Shown: piece after piece, positions 54,243 to 64,000 of the stretch
Position numbering within the stretch: the first letter of the stretch is position 1
How the letters are laid out: every line of letters starts with the position of its first letter
DNA from: the human T2T-CHM13v2.0 reference genome, Homo sapiens
Strand: one strand, 5' to 3'
Length of the DNA stretch: 64,000 nt
Assembly: GCF_009914755.1 (NCBI RefSeq)
Contig: NC_060935.1
The notes under the pieces: generated by a model
Database searches by the model: none
What the model saw: the letters and a program-made list of their open reading frames with translations, nothing else
What the model was told of the DNA's origin: nothing
Program-made: the position numbers and the translations under genes

Positions 54243-57200
54243 TCGCGTTTTTCTGAACCATTGCAGAGTAAGTTGCATACATGGCAACTCTTTACTCCCA
54301 AATAGGTCAGCATGTAAATATATATTTCTTAGGAATATTTTCTTATGTGACCATACTACAGTTATCAGCTTCAGTCAATTTCACATTGATACAATACTTT
54401 GATCTGATCTTCTGTGTTCCAATTTTTTTCAGTTGATCTAATAATGTACTTTATCATTTTCCCTTCCAATACAGAATCCTATCTAGGATCAGGTATTGGA
54501 CTTAGTTGTCATGCCTCCTTAGTCTCCTTTAATTGGGAACACGTCATAACCTTTCTTTGTCTTTTATGACATTGACATTTTGAAGAATGCAGTCTCTCCC
54601 CCACTTCCCTTTTAAATAGAACATTCCTCTTTTTGTTTGTCTGATATTTTATTATGATTAGAGGTAATACTGCATTGCTGAATGGAATAATATATAAATG
54701 ATATGTCCTTCTTAGGGTCGGACACCTGGAGCCACACAATGTCCCTCATGACTGATGTTAATTTTAATCAGCCTGTCAAGGTGGTGTCGTTTTTCCATTG
54801 TATAGTTACAATTTTTTTCCCTTGAAACTAATAAGCAACCAGTGGGGATGTGCAGGTTGAGGCCATGCAAATATTCTGCTTCTCATCAAAATGTCCTCTG
54901 GATTTAGCATCCACTGATGATTCTTGCCTGAACCGATCTTTACTGCGATCGTTCCAGAACGATGATTTTCCAACTCTGGCTCTCCTCCCACGGTTGCCAG
55001 TCGGCCATCAGCTTTACACTGGGAGTAGGAATCTTCTCTTTGAAGATTTCTTAATTTTAACATAATCTAACTTATTGGCTTTTTTCTTTCTAGTTAATGC
55101 TTTTTAGATCCTGTTCAAATTTTTTTTTCCCTACCACCACCTCTTGAAAACATTCCGTTTCCTTCTAAAAGCTTCATTATTAGGCCTTTGACACTTAAGT
55201 CTGTGATCCATCTGGGATTTTTTGTTGTTGTTGATGATGTGGGATAGGGGATGAAGATAAACATCTTTCCATGTGGAAACTCAATTTACCTAAGTGTCTT
55301 TATTAACAATTATTATTTATACAAGAAATGGATGAATGCCTTCCCCCTTTTAAAAATTCAAAGAATTACAGAGAATGCTAAAAATCCCTTTGACCCTCTC
55401 TGCCCATCTTGATCATTTCCCCTTCCCTGCAGGGGGTAACTCAGAAGTAACCGCTGTTATCAGCTTTTTACATCCTTTCAGACTTTCTTTAAGCATTTGC
55501 AGACATGCATGCACTGTGTTCTGTTTCTCCCCATCCCTCACAGTGTATGAGTCATTCTGCAACTTGCTTTTCCACCCAGCAATATGACTTGGTGGACTTT
55601 TTGTGTCGGTACATATAGACCTCCATGTAAATGGTTGCACTGGATTACATGTTATGCATGTCATATGTGATAAACTGGGTCAGACCACATGTTTGCAGCT
55701 TGCTTAGTCATTTGTGGATTTTAAAGTTGGTTCTAATTTTCTGTTTTGCTACTCTGATGATTTTTTATGCACACTGTATGAACCACTTGCTGAGTTGCAC
55801 CGTTATGAAAATTGGGGTGAGTGAGGGATGAGAACTTGAGTCTGGAAGGCACTGGGCTCTTCCTAGATTAAGGACAAACAAAACGGCTCAAAGAGTCTGG
55901 GTGACTTACCCAGGCTCACACAGTTAATTAGTGGCAAAGCCGATCACGACACGTGCCTTGGGATGCCAAGTCCAGGCCTCTGCTCTCAACACAACCCTGC
56001 CCATGGCCCAACTGACCTCCCCAGCCACCCAAATTCTGAAGCTTTCCTGTCCTCTTCTGGCTTCTCCTCCCCGTGGAGATGGGCCTCCGATATGGGATAC
56101 CAGGGGTGTCTGTTCACTGCTCCTTCCTTACCGCCAGGGACAGGGCACTTACTCACCTCCCAAGGCCCTGTGGTCTCCTCTCAAGAAGGCAAGATGGCAC
56201 TTCAGTTCCAGAGCCTGCTCCTAAGCCTCCCCTCCTCTCAACCTCCATTTATCTAAAACTCGTCCAGCTTCCAAGATCCCCCTGTAGGACAGACAAGAAC
56301 AAATTTGGAAGCCAAAGAAGCTGCAGCCCTTAAATCACATGTTGGGCCAAATAATCAAAGAATCTTCCCCATATTTGTCAACGGTGGTGCTGGGCCTAGC
56401 TGCTCAGTAATGACTCTCACTTGATGACAGATCTCAGGAAAATGCGTTTTGGAAGCAATCAGTATATGCTGAATAGGACCCTATTTTACAAGCATTTTAT
56501 CTACTCTTAAGGACATAGGAGATGAGGAAAACAGATAAGCCTCTCTATTAATATTGATTAGACCATTATATATCTGAGAAAGAGATTTTAGTCAGAGACG
56601 ATTGCATCTCACCAGAGCAGCCTGTCTTCTTGAATCGAATCGTTTAATTTGCCACTCAGAGCTTGGGGGTGTTGGGAGGGGGACACATGCAGGCTTTGCT
56701 CCACCATGCTGGGCAGAAGAGGCAAGAGAGGGATGCCGAATGACAGGGCATTTATGTGCTTTCTCGCCAGCCCCACAAGGAGCTCAATAAGAGGAAGCTA
56801 AAAAAGGAAACAGCAGCAGGAAGGATTGAGGTTAGACTTCAGGAATAAATGCTTACTTCTAGAAGAGTTCAGAAGCTGAGGCCCTTTTCTGGAACAGCTT
56901 TAAGAATGAGGTCATGAACAGGCCTTTTTATTATTGATCACGAAAGAAGACTGGTAAACATTAAAAATGTTCAACCTCACTAATAGTCAAAATAATGCAA
57001 ATCTAAATAGTCAGCTATTATTTTTGCCATCAGATTAGCAAAGATTGCTTTTAAAGCATCATGCCTGATGCTGGTGAGGATTTAGTGAAACTGCATTCTC
57101 ATGCATTCCTGGCGGAAGGGTAGGTGAGTGCAACCTTTTTAGAAGACAATTGGATGATGTTTTCTGAGAACCTACTTTTTGCCAAGCACTAGGTTAGAAC

Positions 57201-57329
57201 CTGGGAGGATAGCATCGACTGAAACTAAGTCCTTGCCCCCACAGAGTGTACCATTTATCAGGGGAAACTTGAAATTAACACATCAAAATGCAACTAAATA
57301 TTTACAAAATGTAAAGAGCCTTAAGAAGG

Positions 57330-57607
57330 AGCTGGGCATCGTGGCTCACGCCTGTAATCCCAGCACTTTGGGAGGTCAAGGCAGGCAGATTGTCTGATGT
57401 CAGAAGTTCGAGACCAGCCTGGCCAGTGTGGTGAAACTCTGTCTCTATTGGAAATACAAAAATTAGCTGGGCCTAGTGGCACGCAACTGTAGTCCCAGCC
57501 ACTCAGGAGGTTGAGGCAGGAAAATCGCTTGAACCTGGGAGGTGGAGGTTGTGCCACTGCACTCCATCCTAAGTGACAGAGCAAGACTCCATCTCAAAAA
57601 AAAAAAA
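57330..57607 (+). mobile_element. AluS with a small right-arm deletion
   Basis: Sense Alu dimer with A tail. Confidence 0.93.
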
Positions 57608-57621
57608 TGCCTTAAACATTC

Positions 57622-57622
57622 A

Positions 57623-57681
<59 letters not shown>
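57622..57681. repeat. (CT)n(CA)n compound microsatellite
   Basis: Seen directly. Confidence 0.95.
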
Positions 57682-57684
<3 letters not shown>

Positions 57685-57689
57685 GCTGA

Positions 57690-57900
57690 GGGGAGAGGGT
57701 GAGTGAAGGGAGGTCAGCGAAGGCTTTTCCAAGGAGGCAGCTTTGAGCTGAGTCACAAATACTAGAGAAGAAACAAGCCACAGGAAGAGAATAAGATGTC
57801 ACTGGCAGATGGAACAGCATGTGCAAAGGTCCTGCAGTGGCAGAGATTTTTGGTGAGCTGAGAAGAGGCCAGAGAGGCAGAGCGGGTGAGGGGAGCATGA
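57690..57900 (-). mobile_element. L2 fragment
   Basis: ggtcagcgaaggcttttccaaggagg...ttgagctgag...ggcagatggaacagcatgtgcaaaggtcctg. Confidence 0.7.
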
Positions 57901-58049
57901 CGGGAAGCAGTAGGAGAAATTGGTGGGTGGGCGATGCATTGCAAATGCTGACTTGCCTCGGGTGTTGGGGGCCCTCCTGGGTTTTCAGCAGGGGCAGCAC
58001 ACACAATCTGCCCTTACTGCTTTTTTTTTTTGAAAACTGCCGCCGTTTT

Positions 58050-58352
58050 GTAAAATTATTACTTATTGTTATTTTAAAAACATATAACATGAGATCTACC
58101 CTCTTTAAAAATTTTAAGTATACAGTATAGTATTGTTAACTGCACAATGTTGTACAGTAGATCTCTAGAACCTTTAAATCTTTTTTTAAAAATTATTATT
58201 TTTTTAAGTTCCAGAGTACATGCACAGGATGTGCAGGTTCATGACATAGGTAAACGTGTGCCATGGTGGTTTGCTGCACCTATCAACCCATCACTTAGGT
58301 ATTAAGCCCCACATGCATTAGCTCTTTTCCCTAATGCTCTCCCCTGACCCCA
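58050..58352 (-). mobile_element. Two adjacent L1 3' ends (L1MA-like ~58050-58175; L1PA8/10-like ~58180-58352)
   Basis: aacatgagatctaccctc...tgttgtacagtagatctctagaac; then gtacatgcacaggatgtgcaggtt...ccatggtggtttgctgcacctatcaaccc. Confidence 0.85.
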
Positions 58353-58355
58353 CTC

Positions 58356-58607
58356 TTTTTTTTTTTTTGAGACAGAGTCTCACTGTGTCGCCCAGGTGTG
58401 CAGTGGTGCAATCTCCGCTTACTGTAACCTCTGCTTTCTGTGCTCAAGCAATCCTCATACCTCAGCCTCCCAAGTAGCTGGGACTATAGGTGTGTGCCAC
58501 CATGCTTGGCTAGTTTTTGTATTTTTTGTAGAGACAGGGTTTTGCCATGTTGCTCAGTCTAGTCTTGAACTTCCTGAGCTCAAGGAGTCCTCTTGCCATG
58601 ACTTGCC
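58356..58607 (-). mobile_element. AluJ, truncated
   Basis: T-tract, then gagacagagtctcactgtgtcgcccagg...tagagacagggttttgccatgttg. Confidence 0.9.
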
Positions 58608-59124
58608 AGGGGCGGTTAATAGAGGAAGCAGGAAGGACAGGTGGGTGCCTATGGCAGCAGGGAAGTTGAGAGGTGACAGGGGCTGGGATGAGGGCTTTGG
58701 CAAGGGACGTGCATCAAACACCTTACAAAAGTCAGGATGAGCAAGGCCACTCCAGGAGATAATCAAATGCATGCAGCAGTTTACATACACACGGAATTCA
58801 TTACGGGCTTAGTTATAAAGACAAAACCCTGGAAACAACATAAATGTTCACCACGAGAGGGCTGGTTAAATGATGGCGCCCACAGACCAGGGGTGCCATG
58901 TAGTTATGCGAATTGTTGTTTTAGAAGAATATTGAACAACACAGGAAGATGTTTACATTGTATCTTAAGTGAAAAAAATCAGGACACAAAACTCAATGTA
59001 TATTATGATGCTGGTTGAAAAAAGTGGTGTTTTTCTATCTAAAATAAACACGGAAATGTCAGCGGCAACTCTCTGGGTGAACTGTGGGTTATTTGAATTT
59101 TTTCCTACATTTCAGTGTTTCTCA

Positions 59125-59310
<186 letters not shown>

Positions 59311-59819
59311 GCATAGTTATTTTTTAATTAATAAAGTAAATCTCTCTCAAAGAGGCAAGGGGCAGGTGTGTGAGTGAGAAAGGAAGGCATGTGGAGGAGG
59401 AAAGGGTTAGACAAAGTGAGTGTTAAATCTGCATCTCTGTGTAGACAGAGCTCCCCGTCTCAGCTTAAGACCCTCCTGCCCTTGAAGAAGCTTCCTAAAA
59501 CCAGCTCAGATCTTCCTCTTCTGTTCCCCTGCCTCTTTGCATGTTTCTGGAAGCCCTCAATAGTATGAGTATTATGCACACCCTGCCTGTGGTTAGGCCA
59601 CTGGGAGGCTGAAGAATGCAGATGCCTGGGCCCCGACCCTGGGGGTTCCCACCCTGGGACCACCCCCCTCCACCCCTAGTCTTCTCCATCTCACTAAGTG
59701 CTCAAACCTTTCAATAGAGGCCATTAGTGTCGCTACGGGGAGTGTGGATTCTGGAGCCAGACCCCCAGGGTTGGAATTCTGGCTCTGGCACGGCCTTGCT
59801 GGGCTCAGTGCCCTCAACT

Positions 59820-59920
59820 ATGAAATATTTACCGTATATAATATGAGTCTAATATATATATATGTATATTATATAGCATATAATAAATAAGTATAATATA
59901 TAATATTATCTATATATATT
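59820..59920. repeat. AT-rich low-complexity tract
   Basis: TA/TAA-rich run adjoining the pseudogene 3' end. Confidence 0.85.
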
Positions 59921-61003
59921 TTTTGTTTTTAGTTTTGTTAAAAAACCATTCTGACAAATCAGAAATGGGGGTTCAGGAGTGGTGGTGATGCAAAAGAAGG
60001 AAGCCATGGGGTGGGGGCTGTCAGGGGTGGGGGCACTGGTGTCTCCTTCACCCCCACCCTGATGTGTCCTCTCCTGAAGGACAGACGGTCATATTCTGCA
60101 ATGTGTCCTCTACCATGTCCTTTACCATGTCTTTTCAAAGCAGGAGAAGATGTCTCTCTCATCAGGCAGATCACTACGATTGACCTCAAAGCGATCCTGC
60201 ATGTCTTTGAGGATCTTGGCATCATTCTCGTCAGACACAAATGTGATAGCCAAGCTCTTGGTGCCAAACCGGCTGGCTCTGGCCACCCAATGCAGGTAGG
60301 TGTCAGAATCCTCAGGCATGTCATAATTAAAAGCAATGTTCACCCGCTCAATGTCCATTCCTTGGCCAAATAGGTTGGTAGCCACAATAATTCACCATTG
60401 AAAATCTTTAAACTGCTGATACTGAGACAGCCTCTGCCCTGGGGCATCCCGCGGTGGATGGCAATGGCTGGGATGTTCTGCTCCACCCAGTAGCTGGGCT
60501 GAGGCAATGCGCCGCTGCACAGACTTCAAAAAGATCATCACCTGGTTGAACTCAAGGACATTCAGAAGGTCATAGCGCTTCCAGTTCTTCTGGTTGTCCT
60601 TCAGTTTCATGTAGTACTGCTGCAACCCATGCAGCATCAACTTCATCTCATTATCCACGAAGATCTCCACTGGATCTTGCATGAACTTGTGGCAGACTGG
60701 ACGGATCTCTTTGCTCAAGGTAGCCCTGAACATCATGACCGGCTTTTCACGGTGGGGTCATGCGAAAAATTCCCTGGACATCCCGACACATGTTGAGCTG
60801 TTCAAACGTCTTATCACATTCATTTGAAATAAAGTGTTTTATGTGTTTGAGGTTGAGGCTCTTATTTCCAGCCAGGGCTAGGATACGGCCTGGAGTCCCC
60901 ACGACGATATGCAGGCAGTTCTTCTTCAGCACCTCTTCATCCTTCTTGATAGACCACCAAAAAATACAGCAACCTTGACATTGGGCATATATTTAGAGAA
61001 CCG
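59918..61003 (-). pseudogene. DDX39B: Processed pseudogene of DEAD-box helicase DDX39B (UAP56/BAT1), 5'-truncated
   Basis: Intronless minus-strand translations [19 protein letters not shown] / [33 protein letters not shown] / [18 protein letters not shown] / [24 protein letters not shown]...[13 protein letters not shown], followed by 3' UTR and an A-rich end. Residues match DDX39B rather than DDX39A ([22 protein letters not shown]). Disabled by frameshifts, an in-frame TGA, DECD>NECD, SAT>RAT and motif VI changes. The symbol refers to the parent gene. Confidence 0.96.
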
Positions 61004-61559
61004 ACCATGGCTTGGGAAGCCAACAGCGCCTGTTCCCCAGAGTGGAGGAGCAGAAGTGGATGAAAACATGCATAACCCGTGCAGCAGCATCTGATGCACG
61101 GCCATCCCCTGTAAGTGGTAGCTGTTACTACTTTTCCGGTTACTAAGGCTGAAAACCCAAGGGTCATCCCTGATTCCCCCTCCCCTCATTCCAGCACCCT
61201 TGCTGCCATCCCATGCAGGTCCCTCCGTTTCTCAGCCTTGCACTGCCTCCCCAGCCCATGCGACTCTCCTCTCTTGCCGGCACTGCTGTCCTTGTCTCCT
61301 TTCAGTCCAGCCTCCTCTCGCCAGCCAGAGGGACTTGTGAAGATGAAAATTGAATTATGCGACTCCTCTGTTGGAGTTCTGAAGAAAGCCCAAACTTTTT
61401 GCCATGGCCTACAGCAAGGCCCTAGCGAGTCATCCTACAGGAAAGAAATAGAAATTTAAACAACAAAACAGTATTTTGCCTTCAGATTAGCAAAGATTTT
61501 TAAAAATAAAAATAAGATGCAGTGTTGGTGAGGATGTGGTAAAACTGCAGTTAGCCTGA

Positions 61560-61800
61560 GAACCTCCTGTTCCAGCATTTTGAGGTCAGGGAAAGATGTC
61601 TGACAACGGGACTGAGAAGGAGTTGGAGAGGGGAGAACCAGGCCAGTGGAGGTTAGGGAAGCCCAGAGGAGAGAGTGTTTCCAGAAGGAAGGGGGTTCTC
61701 TTGGGTCAAAGGCCACTGAGAGGTCAGAGAAGATAAGGACAGAGAACTGACCATGGCTTGGGCCATAGTGGTTCCAGTGGAAGGGAAGAGGGAAGCCATA
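61560..61800 (-). mobile_element. L2 fragment
   Basis: gaagcccagaggagagagtgtttccagaagg...gtcaaaggccactgagaggtcagagaagataaggac. Confidence 0.65.
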
Positions 61801-61845
61801 TTGCCACAAAGGCAGAGAGAGAACCCCACGAGTGGCGAACGCAGA

Positions 61846-61972
61846 GTGTGTGTGCATGCACGTATGTGTGTGCCTGTGTGTGTGCACGTGTGTGCGTGCA
61901 CGTGTGTGCACGTGTGTGCATGCACATGTGTGTGTGTGCACGTGTGTGTGTGCACGTGTGTGTGTGTGCATG
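61846..61972. repeat. Degenerate (TG)n/GCAC alternating purine-pyrimidine repeat
   Basis: Strict R/Y alternation from ~61875 to 61972. Confidence 0.9.
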
Positions 61973-62421
61973 TTGGTGGTGGCAGCTGAAGCAGTCGAGG
62001 AGATGGTAAGGAGACAGCAGCCCAAGGAGAAGTCTGGAAGGTGAGGGGAGCTCTCTGGGAGGTGCAGGGAGAGGGTGGGTTGACTGAGAGGGTCCTGAGA
62101 GCCTGGCTGAAGAGTGGTAGGAAGTGGGAAGGAAGGAACTTCAGGAAGCGGCAGGCTTTGCTCGGTGTCCCAAGGGGAGCCCAGCTTAAAACTCATTAGA
62201 AAAAAACAAAGGAAAGCACCTGAGTTTGATGAGTTTGGTTCTAGATGGCAATTCCTCCTGGAGCCTTCTTAATTTCCTTGGTAAATAAGATCGCTTTGAT
62301 CACTGCCTCAGAGAAAACTTAATTCTGATATGGAATGTCTTGAGTTTGTATCAGTTTGCGGATTCTCCACTGGAAAAATGAGCTGGTGGTGAAAGGGTCC
62401 CACAAGAGGAGAAGACAAACA

Positions 62422-62430
62422 TCTCTCTCT

Positions 62431-62473
<43 letters not shown>

Positions 62474-62486
62474 TGTCTGTCTGTCT
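62422..62486. repeat. (TC)n(TG)n(TCTG)n compound microsatellite
   Basis: Seen directly. Confidence 0.95.
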
Positions 62487-62989
62487 CCTAGTTCTAGTTA
62501 GAACTAGGAGAGCAGGTAAGGGTATTTTGAGTCCATTTGTTGGGACAGGGCAGTTGGGTAAGGATGGGGTTAGGGACTATTGTTTGGAGCTCAAAGACAG
62601 TAAAATGCTTTCAGTTTTGGTGACTCAAAATGTGGGTTATGGGGAGCAGCATATAAGAAAACCCCTTTCCTTGCCAATCTGAGTTCCACATTTCCTTCCA
62701 AATCCTGCTTAGAGTTCGCCACCTCCAGGAAGCCTTCCTTCCTACCTCACCTCAGTCCTGGCTGTGATTGGTCCCTTCTTTGAGCCTAAGTTGGCCTGGA
62801 CAGATTCGTATCTTTGGACCAAGGGTGGATGCTCACACTGCAGCATCTAGGGGAACCTCCCTCTCTCTGGGCCTTGATTTCATCATTTATACATCAAAGA
62901 GGATGATGGTGACTCTGGCCCTTGCAGTCTCTGATACTGAGGGCACCCAGGGAGGGTGAGAGTAGGCAGGGCGGGGAGAAGCAGCAGAC

Positions 62990-63145
62990 ATCCCTGTTAT
63001 CTATGGGATGTTATGCTAGGGCTTTTTCATCCATTACCTCATTGAACTTCACAACAATCCTATGGATCTGGAACTATGACCATTCTCATTTTACAGATGA
63101 GGAAATAGAGGCTTAGAGACGTTAAATGATTTGCCCAAGGTTGGT
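62990..63145 (-). mobile_element. MIR
   Basis: tcacaacaatcctatg...cattttacagatgaggaaatagaggcttagagacgttaaatgatttgcccaagg. Confidence 0.8.
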
Positions 63146-63399
63146 CTCACAGGAAATGGCCAGGCTGCATTAGACACAGTCACCTGGCCTAGGCAGGGAG
63201 GCCTTGCCAGGAACCTGGGGAGGGGCCGGGCGGACCCTGTGGCACATTCCCCCAGGGTCAGCAGGAGCCTCTGAGATTTCCCCTGCCTCTCTGATCTCTT
63301 GCTCTACTGACTGTGTGCTGTCTGTCTCAGTCTTGGAAACTCCTAGGGATCGGAATTACACACTGTCTTTTCTCTAGGTCAAGGACTGAAAAATTAAAT

Positions 63400-63630
63400 T
63401 CTTACAGGGCCAGGCAGTAATTAAGTGAAGTGGGCAGAATAAGTGCAAATTCGTTTGTTGCCTGAGTGGTGGTAAATGCAGCTCCTGAAGAGCACTTGCT
63501 TCTCAGGGATGGCTGCTTCTCAGCTCCAGCCAATTGTTACCTCCTGGTATCAGGGCTCAGTGTTATCAGAACCTCTGATCTTTAAAGAGAAGCTACATTT
63601 CCTGATTTCTAAAAGTTGGTCTAAATCTGC
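63400..63630. mobile_element. Possible MER102-like hAT fragment
   Basis: ctcagctccagccaattgtt...cagtgttatcagaacctctgatctttaaagagaagc. Confidence 0.45.
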
Positions 63631-64000
63631 TGGTTCTGAGCAGTACTTTAAAACAACAAATGAATACATGAATAAAATACATTAACAGACTGAATGTTAC
63701 TCTGCCAGGTGACAGTTTTGCAACCTCTGAAGCCTGATTTCATCCTTGCCTTGTCCAGGCAAGCTTGGTTGAAAGTCTCCTCTTCTATGGTTGCTCAGGA
63801 GGTGATGCTGATGCCTTTGGGTGGGACCATGGTTTGGTGTTTGTGATGAAGTGGGAAGAAGTCTCCCAGAAGTCTCTTACCTTACCGCTCCTCCATCCCC
63901 ACTGCCCCCACAACCCTCAAGCACACTTCAGTACTTTCCAAGAGTGGGACAGGTATTGACAAGAGTGGGTCCCAGTTTCAGACCTCTTTGAGTAGTTTTC

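Noticed and set aside
61456-62196. 246-aa minus-strand ORF
   Set aside because: Stays open through a TG/CA repeat (HTHT runs) and L2 sequence; an artefact.

Overview
Primate (human-like) genomic DNA with no intact protein-coding exon that I can support. The ORF track consists of chance ORFs, Alu/L1/simple-repeat translations and pieces of one pseudogene. The window most likely lies inside a long intron of a + strand gene, possibly neuronal. Three observations support this: base 1 is a consensus splice donor (GTGAGT followed by G-runs), nearly all long L1 sequence is antisense, and two canonical REST/NRSE sites are present. I cannot name the host gene. Main contents: a 5'-truncated DDX39B (UAP56/BAT1) processed pseudogene on the minus strand (~59.9-61.0 kb), about 13 Alu/FAM/FLAM elements, several L1, L2, MIR, MaLR LTR and hAT fragments (some nested), and microsatellites. 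The most unusual signal is a 61-bp-stem inverted repeat at 12005-12149 in which all 8 transition differences form G-U pairs on the + strand. Also notable are an unexplained in-frame leader at the pseudogene's 5' junction, a twin-primed L1 inside an Alu, a 124-bp local duplication, and two interlocking micro-palindromes. I see no multi-gene novel system. Repeat subfamily names are recognised by eye and are approximate.
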